A DNA stretch of 63,301 nt, counting the filler, from an uncultured Gemmatimonadota bacterium (GTDB lineage Bacteria > GCA-2686955): the NCBI GenBank assembly GCA_964490075.1. It is 4 parts of 4 records of this genome, joined end to end, with 100 filler letters (N's around TTAATTAATTAA, not from the genome) between each part and the next. Parts side by side here need not be neighbours in the genome. Positions count along the whole stretch, not along the records: positions 35,562 to 51,902 come from CAZBBK010000089.1; positions 52,003 to 63,301 come from CAZBBK010000101.1; 2 more parts are not named here. One strand, written 5' to 3'. Under the pieces are notes generated by a model. The model was not told where the DNA came from. It saw only the letters and a list, made by a program, of their open reading frames with translations, and did no database searches. This document shows positions 48,854 through 57,735 of this stretch, in pieces; the stretch's first letter is position 1; each line of letters starts with the position of its first letter. Position numbers and translations under genes: made by a program.

Positions 48854-49645
48854 TCAGATCAAACCCGCCTCTTCCCCCAGACGGAAGAACACGAAGGCTC
48901 CGGCGCCGAGCTTGATCAAGGGCTCGAGCACGCTCTTCATCAGCCAGTCCGAGTGCGAGCGAGGGACGTAGACCACGGCGTTCGGCATCAGGGTCACGTT
49001 GTTGGCCAGGCGCCCCTCGTTCAGAATCTCCTCCAGGTCGATGATCCGTCTTCGCAGCTCACCGGGGGGGCCCTGGATCACGGCGACCCGGCCCAGCGCC
49101 GCCGCCTCGGTCGGTAGACCGGCACGGACGACCGCGTCCCGCAAGGTCAACCCGAACTCGTCGAGCTTCTGGATTCCGGGATTGGCGACCTCGCCCAGCA
49201 CGTAAACGCGCCGGCTGCCATGGTGGGCCATGCGCACGTGCACGATCGGATCTTCGACGTAGCGGCTCAGCACCGCGGCGATCTGGATCGACAGAGCGCC
49301 GACCGTCTGCCCCTGGGCCTGGACCGTGTCGGGAACCGACGTGAGGTTGCGGATCTCCAGCCCGCCGTCGGGCGCGATCGCCGACCTCCCCGAAAACTCC
49401 TCGTGCTTCCAGACCTCGACGTCGACCGTGTCGCCCGGCATCAGGGTGTAGGGAAAGGTGTGGCGGGCAATCGCGCGAGGCTCCTGCGGATCTGGCGGGT
49501 AGCCCAGAGTCTGGCCGGCACAACCCATCGCCACGACCAGGAGCGACACCAGAGCGGCTCCGAGCGCAGCGATGCGCCGGGCGCGGCGCGCTGGGCGCGA
49601 AGGCGGAGGCTGGGGGCGGTGATTTGCGCTGGACTCGACCGGCAT
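48854..49645 (-). CDS. Polysaccharide export lipoprotein (Wza/KpsD-like; Poly_export plus SLBB)
   Basis: Lipobox-like AMGC; Y.L.PGD.V.V.VW, PDG and VYVLGEV..PG. Confidence 0.82.
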   Translation of the reverse strand: MPVESSANHRPQPPPSRPARRARRIAALGAALVSLLVVAMGCAGQTLGYPPDPQEPRAIARHTFPYTLMPGDTVDVEVWKHEEFSGRSAIAPDGGLEIRNLTSVPDTVQAQGQTVGALSIQIAAVLSRYVEDPIVHVRMAHHGSRRVYVLGEVANPGIQKLDEFGLTLRDAVVRAGLPTEAAALGRVAVIQGPPGELRRRIIDLEEILNEGRLANNVTLMPNAVVYVPRSHSDWLMKSVLEPLIKLGAGAFVFFRLGEEAGLI

Positions 49646-49807
49646 CGGCTCGGATCTCCCGAAAGTCGGCGGGCGCGCCATGTTATTCGCATGCACGCTC
49701 TTCTTCAAGACCGGCGGTTTCCCTCGATCCGCCACCTGCGCTCCAAGATCGGCGGATCGAGAGCCTCGGCCCTTGCGGGTGTTCGAGAAAGGGACGGGGC
49801 GGTGGGG

Positions 49808-50407
49808 TCAGTTGGTCGGTGCTGCGCCCGGTTTCACTCGCGAAGAAGCCGCTCGCGGATCGACCGCTCGGATGAGCGCCAAAGCGCGAGATCTCGGCAT
49901 GTCCGCCAGGATCAGCGCGGCGTTGAAAGCGTGGACCATGCCCTCGGCGGGATCGGGCTCGACGTCCGCCAGCTCGGCCGCACGGAACCACGCCGCCACC
50001 TCGGGCCATGACCAGTATCGCTGCCCTCCTCGGTGGCTCAGGATCGGTGCAGGAAATCCGCCAGGGCCACGGCTGCCGATCGTCAGGAGCCTCACACCTT
50101 CTTTCGTCCGCCCGGTGCGCTGCGCGATGTCTGCCAGGGAGACAAGGGGATCGGGCGCCACTCGCCGCACACGCAGTCCCGCTGCCACCATATCTTTCAC
50201 CGCCGCCTCGACCGCCACTTCGAACGACTCCGCCGCGCGGTCCACTTCGGCGTAGGTGACGCCAGTCTCGCGCGTCAGGGAGATGTCGTCGCAGCGCTCA
50301 CCGATCCGGTCCGCCGCCTCGTCGAACGTGGCGTCGTCGAGCGGGTCGAGCACCAGGCGGAATTCGTGATACCGGGGTGGGTTGTTCAGGGTGTCTCGCT
50401 TCTGCAT
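49808..50407 (-). CDS. Putative antitoxin/DNA-binding protein (HicB-like N-domain plus AlpA/excisionase-like HTH)
   Basis: FRLVL..R.A.SF..AV..A..D; LVSLADIA.R.GRT; G.RGPGGFPAP; W.W.EVAAW; overlaps the upstream small gene. Confidence 0.7.
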   Translation of the reverse strand: MQKRDTLNNPPRYHEFRLVLDPLDDATFDEAADRIGERCDDISLTRETGVTYAEVDRAAESFEVAVEAAVKDMVAAGLRVRRVAPDPLVSLADIAQRTGRTKEGVRLLTIGSRGPGGFPAPILSHRGGQRYWSWPEVAAWFRAAELADVEPDPAEGMVHAFNAALILADMPRSRALALIRAVDPRAASSRVKPGAAPTN

Positions 50408-50616
50408 CGGTCTACCAGCCTTCGGATCTCGCGGGCGCGATTCTCTGGGCGTCCGGGGGTTGCATGGATCGACTTGCGATGGTTGCCGTGCTCCCTGACG
50501 GGACACACCAGAATGCCCCAGGTCTTGCCTTTCTGCCTCAAGTGCACGGTCCAGCCATGCATCTCGGCGTAGCGGATCGCGGCTTCGAGCTCCTTGTTGG
50601 GGTGCTTTCTGCGCAT
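50386..50616 (-). CDS. Small basic HicA-like protein (putative toxin)
   Basis: KHPNKE.EAAI.YA...GW, WG...CP and S...TP..PEN.A..IRR.VDRC; AGGAG RBS. Confidence 0.68.
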   Translation of the reverse strand: MRRKHPNKELEAAIRYAEMHGWTVHLRQKGKTWGILVCPVREHGNHRKSIHATPGRPENRAREIRRLVDRCRSETP

Positions 50617-50784
50617 CTCCTGGGGGCTTTACCGTTTGCGGGCCGTCGGTCTCGTCTCCAAGAATATGGCCTATGTGTTGGCGATCGTCAACAGGACGTG
50701 CATGGAGCCGGTTTCAAGAAGCGGCCTCCTATCGACCTCCCCATGGTTGAGCATCACAACATCAGGTTCCGTCGCTCATTTTCA

Positions 50785-50820
50785 CTTGCGTTCTTCGCGT
50801 CTTGGCGCCTTTGCGCGAGA
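50785..50820. repeat. REP-like arm of 4 x 8-nt units
   Basis: CTTGCGTT|CTTCGCGT|CTTGGCGC|CTTTGCGC|GAGA. Confidence 0.55.
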
Positions 50821-51500
50821 TCCTATCGGCGCGGGGGACGATCTCGAGATCCTCGACGCCCGCGATCCCACCGATCCGGTGCGGGTGGGACGCTACACGC
50901 CCGACAGCGATCCGGTCGACGGCTACGGCGCCGGGACTCACCTCTACCTGGGCACACGCCACGGCGAGCTGGTGGTCATGGACATCACCCGGCCTTCCGA
51001 TCCGCACCAGGTCGGATCGATCGACAATGGCTACCTCCCGTCGGGTGTGCACGGGGACGGGAATCGCGCCTATGTTGCGATGGGCAACGATGGTCTGATC
51101 AGCGTCGATGTCTCTTCGCCGGCGAGCCCGGCCGAGAGCGGTCGCCTCGCGACCGGTCACTCGGTCCAGACCCTCGCCGCGTCGTCCACCCACCAGTTCG
51201 CGGGCCATGAGACCGGGGGCGGACTGACCGGCGGGTTCTGGGTGGTGGACCACACCGACCCGAGGCGCCCGAAGCAGTTGAGGGACGTGGAGGCCGCCGC
51301 CAAGCCGAAGGACCTGGAGTACGCCGAAGGCTTGCTCTACGTGGGCTCGAGCGGCGGTCTCGAGATCTTCGACGTCTCCGATCCGACACGCCCCGTGCTC
51401 TTCGACAGCCGCGACACGCCCGACTTCGCCTGGGATGTGGTGCGGACCCGGAGCGGTATCGTCCACCAGGCCGACGGCAACGGGGGGGGGTTCTTTACCA
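50821..51500 (+). pseudogene. Internal fragment of an LVIVD-repeat protein
   Basis: LEILDARDPTDP, LVVMDITRPSDP, LISVDVSSPASP and LEIFDVSDPTRP repeats; no credible start or end. Confidence 0.7.
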
Positions 51501-51902
51501 GTGCTGGTAGTGGTTGGAGGCGGTTTCAGGATCGGGCAGAGCCTGGTTTCGTGCCTTGGGTTCGGCTGCGAGGGAGAACGAAGAGTCCTGGTGGATCTTC
51601 GCCATTGACCAACAATGGGCGTCATCGGTCATTGGAGTGGCCAATAGAAGTTGTTGTTATTCAAGATGTTCCAGAGATCGCTCGGCAGCTCTATTGGCCA
51701 TCGGCGCCTTCGTGGCCATTAGCGATCGTGAGGCTGTAACGACGCCAGCGTCGCTCACCCTTCGTCGCCACGCGGCCTTCCTTCACGAGCGCCCGCAGTA
51801 TGCGTCGAATGCTGCGGATCGGTATCTCTGGACCGACGCGATCGTGGATGTCGGCGTTCGGCGCGCCAGAACTCGATTTGGTGGGCCGTCAGGGAATCGA
51901 AC

Positions 51903-52002
51903 NNNNNNNNNNNNNNNNNNNNNNNNNNNNNNNNNNNNNNNNNNNNTTAATTAATTAANNNNNNNNNNNNNNNNNNNNNNNNNNNNNNNNNNNNNNNNNN
52001 NN
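51903..52002. other. Artificial contig-join linker
   Basis: N-TTAATTAATTAA-N. Confidence 0.98.
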
Positions 52003-52120
52003 TCGACATGTGGAGCCCTGGGATCAGGAGGTCTGAAGTTATTCTTGCGCGAGCCCTAAGCGATCCACTGCTACCGGTGGTCACCGACACGCTCGACATC
52101 CTGAGCGACGTGCTAGAGAT

Positions 52121-54280
52121 CTACCACCACTCCCCCGCCAGCCGCTCGATCACCGGGTCGTCCGGCCGTAGAGCGCGCGCCCGCTCCAGCACCTCCCGCG
52201 CCCGCGCCCGGTCGCCGCTGCGCTCCAGGGCGATCGCGTAGTTGACCAGCATCCGCGCATCCTCGCCGCCCAGGTCGAGGGCGCGGCGGTAGGCCTGGAG
52301 CGCTTCGTCGTGGCGCTCGGCGGCGGCCAGGGCGAGGCCGAGGTTGCTCTGGATGGCGGCGTCGCGGGGGGCGCGCCGGGCGGCCTGCCGGAGCTCGCTC
52401 AGGGCGCGCTCGGTCAGGCCCAGCTCCAGGTAGAGCGCGCCCAGGCCGCCGCGCACCGCGGGATCGGTCGGATCGCGCCGCTGCGCCTCGCGGAGGGCCT
52501 CGATCGCCTCGCGCTTGCGCCCCTGCCGGCTCAGCAGCGATGCCAACGAGAGCAAGGGCGAGACGTAGCTCGAGTCGTCGCGCGCCGCCCGGCGCAGCTC
52601 CGCCTTGGCGGCGTCGGTCTCGCCGCGGCCGGCCAGCAGCGCGCCCAGGTTGGAGCGGGCGCGGGCGTGGCCGGGATCGAGGGCGAGGGCGCCGCGGAAG
52701 AGCGCCTCGGCATCCTCGCCGGCGAACATCTGCGCCACGCCGGCGGTGTACTGGGCGTCGGCATCCTGCGCCAGGACCGCCGCGGCGGAGAGCGCGAAGG
52801 GGCGCGCCTCGGCCTGCTTGCCGGCCCACGACAGGGTCTTGGCCAGGTTCAGGTCGCAGCGCGCGGCGCGCACCGGGTCGATGGCGTCGAGGATGCGGCG
52901 GCGATAGGCGGGCCGGGCCGCCGCCGGGCTCCAGTCGGGCGCCGCCGGCCGCACCAGACCCGCGCCCACCAGCTCGGCCGCCACCCCCTCGGCGATGGCG
53001 CGGTGGATCTCCGGGCGCGGATGCACGTGGTCGAGGAAGTAGCGGCTCCCCGGGCTCTCCAGCCCGGTCGCCCGCCGGGCGCTGTCGGCCAGGGCCGCCA
53101 CCGGATCGACCAGCGGCACCCGCAGCTCGGCCGCCACCCGCCGCGCCGCGGCGACGAAGGCCGCCGGCGCCCGCAGCGGCGCGACGTCCTCCTCGCGGGC
53201 GCGCCCGAAGGCCGCGCCGGCGGCCTCGAGACGCCCCAGCGCCCGCAGCGCCCGGCCGCGTAGATAGTGCAGCTCGGCGTAGCCGGGATCGTCCACCGCG
53301 TCGAGCTGCGCCAGCGCCTGCTCCGGCCGCCCGGCCTCGAGCGCCTCGCCCGCCCGGGCCAACGCCGCCTCGCAATCGGCGGCGGCCGCGGCCGACAGGC
53401 CGCCGCCGTGCTCGCTCTTGAAGGGCGAGAAGTCGGCCAGATTGGCCGCCGGCGTCACCAGCACCAGCGCCGCCCCGCAGCCGCGCGCTGTGTCGACCAG
53501 CACCCGCAGGTTGTGCTCGAAATGGGCCAGGACCTGGGCCCGGAAGGGCGGATCGCGGTGGTAGAGGTCGAGCCCGGCCGAGCGGTCGAGCATCGCCACC
53601 ACCTCGCCGCCCAGCCGGTCGCGGGCGCCCAGATCGCCCTCGGGGCGGTCGCGCAGCGCCAGCAAGCCCTCGCGCAGCAGGCCGTAGAGCCGCATCCGCC
53701 CCAGCAGCCCCCGGACCCGCGCCGACCCCGAACCGCCCGCCGCCAGGTCGGGGTAGGAGCGCCGCTCCAGGAACTCGTTGTGGCCGGTCAGGATCACCAC
53801 GGCGTCGGGCTCGTAGGCGGCGATCTCGGCGGCGATATGGGTCAGGCGGTAGCTGGCGTAGGAGATCCCGCCGCAGTTCAGCACCTGGTGGCGGACCCCC
53901 GGCTCGGCGTGGTCCAGGATCAGCTCGAGCCCCCGGGGGAAGGCCACGGCCGCGTCGTAGGGGTGGCCGTAGACGGTCGACCCGCCGAGGCAGAAGATCC
54001 GCGTGGTCCGCTCGCCCTTCACCCGCGGGAAGCTCTGCTCGTTGAACCAGCGCCGCTTGGCCGGCGCGGTGCTGAGCGCCGCCCGATCCTCGGGGTCCGG
54101 CACGAAGAGCGGACTGAGGCCGCTGAAGCCGAGGTAGGGATCGGCCGCCTCCGGCGCCGGCGGAGCCACGACCCGCAGCGCCCCCTCGGCCACGACCAGC
54201 ACCAGCAAGGGGAGAGCCAGCACGAGGGCGCGCGGGGCCGCGCGCCCCGGGCCAGAGGTCTTGCGATCGATTGAGGTCAT
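52121..54280 (-). CDS. Membrane-anchored SGNH/GDSL-hydrolase-like protein with TPR repeats
   Basis: TM anchor + EGALR; RIFCLGGST (block I), NCGGISY (II), GHNEF (III) and FLDHVHP (V); several TPR motifs. Confidence 0.8.
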   Translation of the reverse strand: MTSIDRKTSGPGRAAPRALVLALPLLVLVVAEGALRVVAPPAPEAADPYLGFSGLSPLFVPDPEDRAALSTAPAKRRWFNEQSFPRVKGERTTRIFCLGGSTVYGHPYDAAVAFPRGLELILDHAEPGVRHQVLNCGGISYASYRLTHIAAEIAAYEPDAVVILTGHNEFLERRSYPDLAAGGSGSARVRGLLGRMRLYGLLREGLLALRDRPEGDLGARDRLGGEVVAMLDRSAGLDLYHRDPPFRAQVLAHFEHNLRVLVDTARGCGAALVLVTPAANLADFSPFKSEHGGGLSAAAAADCEAALARAGEALEAGRPEQALAQLDAVDDPGYAELHYLRGRALRALGRLEAAGAAFGRAREEDVAPLRAPAAFVAAARRVAAELRVPLVDPVAALADSARRATGLESPGSRYFLDHVHPRPEIHRAIAEGVAAELVGAGLVRPAAPDWSPAAARPAYRRRILDAIDPVRAARCDLNLAKTLSWAGKQAEARPFALSAAAVLAQDADAQYTAGVAQMFAGEDAEALFRGALALDPGHARARSNLGALLAGRGETDAAKAELRRAARDDSSYVSPLLSLASLLSRQGRKREAIEALREAQRRDPTDPAVRGGLGALYLELGLTERALSELRQAARRAPRDAAIQSNLGLALAAAERHDEALQAYRRALDLGGEDARMLVNYAIALERSGDRARAREVLERARALRPDDPVIERLAGEWW

Positions 54281-54368
54281 GGAAGGGAGGTCCGGCCGGT
54301 CGGGCTCAGAGTGTAGGCGCCAGGACCAAAGACACAGGTCTCTATTTGTCGATGATGAAACAAGATCT

Positions 54369-57062
54369 GTGCGCAAACCCGCGATCCGAAGAGCCGTGAC
54401 AGCCACCGAAACCCCGATCCCGACCCCGACCGAGCCGCGCCCGCCCGAGCCGCCGGATGCGACCGATTCGCCGAACGCAGCGGAGGCCCCGCCGCGCGTC
54501 GCGCTCGGCAGCTCCGGCGGCGGCGTGCGCGGGCTGCGCCGGACTCTGACCGCCATCGTCTGCGTGCAGGCGATCTTCCTGCTCTATCGGGCGCTCTTCA
54601 CGCTCAGCCCCGAGCCTTACGTGATCGCCTTCTTCGGCGTCGAGGTGGTGGCCGCGCTCGCCCTCTTCCTGCTCCTGCTGCCGGCCCTGACGACCGATTC
54701 GGCGGCCGGCCACGCGCCCCTCCCGCCCCCGGACGACGCCGCGCAGCCGCCCACCGTCGACGTCATCGTGCCGGCGGTCGACACCTCCGAGGCTGCCGTC
54801 CGGCGCACCGCCCTGGCCGCGATCCGGCTCCACGGTCGCAGCTCCACCATCCTGATCGGCGACACGCCGGCGACCGCCCTGCTCGCCGACGAGCTGGGCT
54901 GCGCCTTCGAGAGCGCGGTCGGCGCCGGCTGGATCGAGACCCTGAACACGTTGCTGCCGAAGCTCTCGGGCACCCTGGTCGCGGTCTTCGAGCCGGGCCA
55001 GATCCCCCACATCGACTTTCTGACCCGGCTCACGCCGATCTTCGAGGAGCCGACCACGGCGATGGTGCAGGCGCGCCTGAGCGTGGCCCCGGCCGAGGCC
55101 GCGGCCGCCCCCCTCGACCCCGACCAGGAGCCGGGCGCCAAGCGCCCCCTGGCGCTCTTCGAGGAGCGCGATCGGCGCAACGCCGTGCCCTGGCTCGGCA
55201 CCAACGCGCTCTTCCGGCGCTCCGCCCTGGTCGACAGCGGCGGTTTCGCCCCCGGACCGGCCCCGCAGACCACCAGCGCCCGGCTGCAGGCCGCCGGCTG
55301 GCGCACCCGCTACCATCCTCAGGTGCTGAGCTCGGCCCTCGAGGAGGGCGAGCAGGCGGTCGCCAAATGCGGCTCCCGCCCCTGGGCGGCCCTGAGCGCC
55401 CTGCTCACGCTCCGGCTCAGCCTCGCGCAACGGCTCTCCCTGGTGGGCGACCTGCTCGCCTTCGCCCCCTCCTTCGCCGGCACCCTCTACGTCGCCACGC
55501 CGCTGGTGCTGATCACCGCCGGACTCTCGCCGGTGCGCCGCATCGATCCGCCGCTGGCGCTCTTCTGGGCGGCCGCGGTGCTCTCGACGGTGGCGGAGTA
55601 TCGCCTGCTGCAGCTCCGCACCCCGAACCTGAGCCGCATCGTCCGCCTCAGCCGCGGGGTCGTCCTGGCGCCGCTCTGGGCTTTGACGCGCCGCGTGCCG
55701 GGCGCCACTCCCGAGCTGCTCTCGGTCGCCCTCTCCCTGGCCCTGGCCGCCGGGCTGTGGAGCGCCGCCGCCTGGACCGGGCTCGATCTGCTCTACGGCG
55801 TCGACGGCCGGCGCTTTGGCTGGACCGTCTTCGGGCTCTGGGCGGGCGCCAGCGCCGCCGTCGCCTGGCGCATCCACCTGCAGGCGCTGGCGCGCAGTGC
55901 GAACGCGAGCCGCAGCCGCGACCCGCAGGAGATCCCTCTCGAGTATCGTGCCGCGCCGGCGGAGGGCGGGGACCCGGGAGCGGAGGACGAGAGCGAGACG
56001 CGCATGGCCGAGGCGCGCGACGTCGGCGGGCAAGGCGTCGGAATCCTGGCCCACGAGGAGCTCGAGCTGGGCGGCCGCTACCAGCTCTCGCTCAAGGTCT
56101 TCGGCCGCGCGCTCGAGGTCGCCGCGATCGTGGTCTACGAGGAGCCCGGCGGCGCCGATGGCGAATGGCGCTACTTCCTGCGTCCCGACCGGACCGGGCG
56201 CGACGCCCTGGCCCGCCTGGCGCGCGCGCTCGAAGCCCGGCGGCGGCGGGAGATTCGCACCACCGCCATCGACCGCGCCCGCAAGGTCGTGCGCCGTCCC
56301 GCCAAGCGCCGTGCCCCGCGTTTCCCCTTCGAGCTGCCGGTGACGATCGACGCGCCCGAGCTCGGGACCATTCACGGCACCACGCTCAACGTGAGCACCA
56401 CCGGGGCGGCGCTGCGCGTCGATCGCGAGCTGCCGGAGGGGCTGGAGGTCGAGCTGCGCTTCGTGCACGCGGAGCTGCCCGCGTCGTTGCGGGCGCGGGT
56501 GGTGGCCTGCCGGGCGATCGAGGAGGAGGGGGCCTTCCGGGTCGGGGTCGACCTGGCCTCGCCCTGCGCGACGCTGGCTCGTCTCGCCGGTCCCGACGAT
56601 GCGCCGCTCTTCCTCGATCCCTGGGACGTCGATCACGACGCGATGACGCAGCGCGGGCTGCGCGCCTCCGATGCCGGCGCGGAGCGGAGATCGGATGACG
56701 AGGCGGGGCGGGTCAGCGACGACGGGGTGGCGGAGGGGCCGCCCGCGGAGGGCGAGGGAGCGGCACCGGATGAGGATTCGGAAGAAGGGGAGAAGAGTGG
56801 GGGGGGATTGGCCCGCGAGTCCGACAGGGCGACCGCGCCAGCGCTGCCCGACGCGGAACAGGGCGCGATCGAGGCGAACACAGCCGAGCCGCAGCTCCAA
56901 AGCGGGCCGGCGCCAGATCCGCCGGAGGAGCCGCCGCCCGAGCACGAGCCGGACGCCCCCGCGGATGCCCCGGACGACCCCTCGATCGAGGAGATGCTGG
57001 AGGCCATCGAGCCCTCGGACGCGGCGGCCCCGGATCGAGTCGACCAGGAGGACTCCCCGTGA
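54369..57062 (+). CDS. BcsA-like GT2 membrane protein with degenerate catalytic motifs, two PilZ domains and an acidic tail
   Basis: PTVDVIVP, MVQ, GTNALFRRSAL..SGGF and GWRTRY scaffold; no DxD, TED or QxxRW; PilZ2 has RRAPR and NVSTTG. Confidence 0.75.
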   Translation: MRKPAIRRAVTATETPIPTPTEPRPPEPPDATDSPNAAEAPPRVALGSSGGGVRGLRRTLTAIVCVQAIFLLYRALFTLSPEPYVIAFFGVEVVAALALFLLLLPALTTDSAAGHAPLPPPDDAAQPPTVDVIVPAVDTSEAAVRRTALAAIRLHGRSSTILIGDTPATALLADELGCAFESAVGAGWIETLNTLLPKLSGTLVAVFEPGQIPHIDFLTRLTPIFEEPTTAMVQARLSVAPAEAAAAPLDPDQEPGAKRPLALFEERDRRNAVPWLGTNALFRRSALVDSGGFAPGPAPQTTSARLQAAGWRTRYHPQVLSSALEEGEQAVAKCGSRPWAALSALLTLRLSLAQRLSLVGDLLAFAPSFAGTLYVATPLVLITAGLSPVRRIDPPLALFWAAAVLSTVAEYRLLQLRTPNLSRIVRLSRGVVLAPLWALTRRVPGATPELLSVALSLALAAGLWSAAAWTGLDLLYGVDGRRFGWTVFGLWAGASAAVAWRIHLQALARSANASRSRDPQEIPLEYRAAPAEGGDPGAEDESETRMAEARDVGGQGVGILAHEELELGGRYQLSLKVFGRALEVAAIVVYEEPGGADGEWRYFLRPDRTGRDALARLARALEARRRREIRTTAIDRARKVVRRPAKRRAPRFPFELPVTIDAPELGTIHGTTLNVSTTGAALRVDRELPEGLEVELRFVHAELPASLRARVVACRAIEEEGAFRVGVDLASPCATLARLAGPDDAPLFLDPWDVDHDAMTQRGLRASDAGAERRSDDEAGRVSDDGVAEGPPAEGEGAAPDEDSEEGEKSGGGLARESDRATAPALPDAEQGAIEANTAEPQLQSGPAPDPPEEPPPEHEPDAPADAPDDPSIEEMLEAIEPSDAAAPDRVDQEDSP

Positions 57063-57430
57063 AGCTCCACATCGCCCTGCTGCTGGCGATCCTGGTCTTC
57101 GCGGAGACCGGTCTGATCCACCGCTGGCGCCGCGCCGACCAGATCGCGCTGCGGCGCGCGCTGCACGACGAGAGTCCGGGGCCGGGCTATCGCGCGCCGA
57201 TCATGCGGCTGGCGCGCAGCCGCGGCGATCTCTACACGCTGCAGCGCGTCGAAGGCGCCATCATGCGGATCGGCACGCTCGAGGAACGGATCGAGGTGCT
57301 CACGCGGCTGGTGGCGCTGCAGCCCTCGAAGATGGAGCGCAAGGTCGTCCTGGCGCTGGCCCTGGCCGAGGCCGGCCGCCACGAGGAGGCCGAGCCGCTG
57401 TTTCGGTGCGCATTGGAGCTGGCGCCATGA
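57059..57430 (+). CDS. Small membrane-anchored TPR protein
   Basis: Hydrophobic N-terminus; LALALAEAGRHEEAEPLFRCALELAP TPR; GTGA overlap with the upstream gene. Confidence 0.75.
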   Translation: MKLHIALLLAILVFAETGLIHRWRRADQIALRRALHDESPGPGYRAPIMRLARSRGDLYTLQRVEGAIMRIGTLEERIEVLTRLVALQPSKMERKVVLALALAEAGRHEEAEPLFRCALELAP

Positions 57431-57515
57431 GGGGGGGGCGGATGTTGCGGTGGTTCAAGCATCTTCCCGGCTTCTTCGCGGGACTTGGTGGCACTGCGCG
57501 CGAAGCCGGAGGACC

Positions 57516-57686
57516 AACCGCGGAGATCGCGGAGGACGCAGAGATCGACTCGATCGTCTCTCGCGACCACGGAACCTCCACCCCCGTCAACTGCGATCCC
57601 CCCCTCCAAGAACCCTCCGCGCTCTCCGCGGTTTCTCCTCCTCCTCTTCCTCTTCTTCCTCTTCCTCTTCCTCTTCTTCTTCCTCC
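57516..57686. repeat. 20-bp inverted repeat (REP-like) followed by a CTT/CCT pyrimidine tract
   Basis: AACCGCGGAGATCGCGGAGG (57516-57535) vs CCTCCGCGCTCTCCGCGGTT (57614-57633), 19/20 complementary; C/T-only tract to 57686. Confidence 0.8.
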
Positions 57687-57735
57687 GTCGGGCCGTCGGC
57701 GCCACGATGCAGATCGGCCGCGGCGACGGAGTTGG

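Noticed and set aside
56671-57735. N-terminal extension making the TPR-barrel protein 1580 aa
   Set aside because: It overlaps two better-supported genes and a repeat/low-complexity tract; the signal-like sequence begins at 57736.
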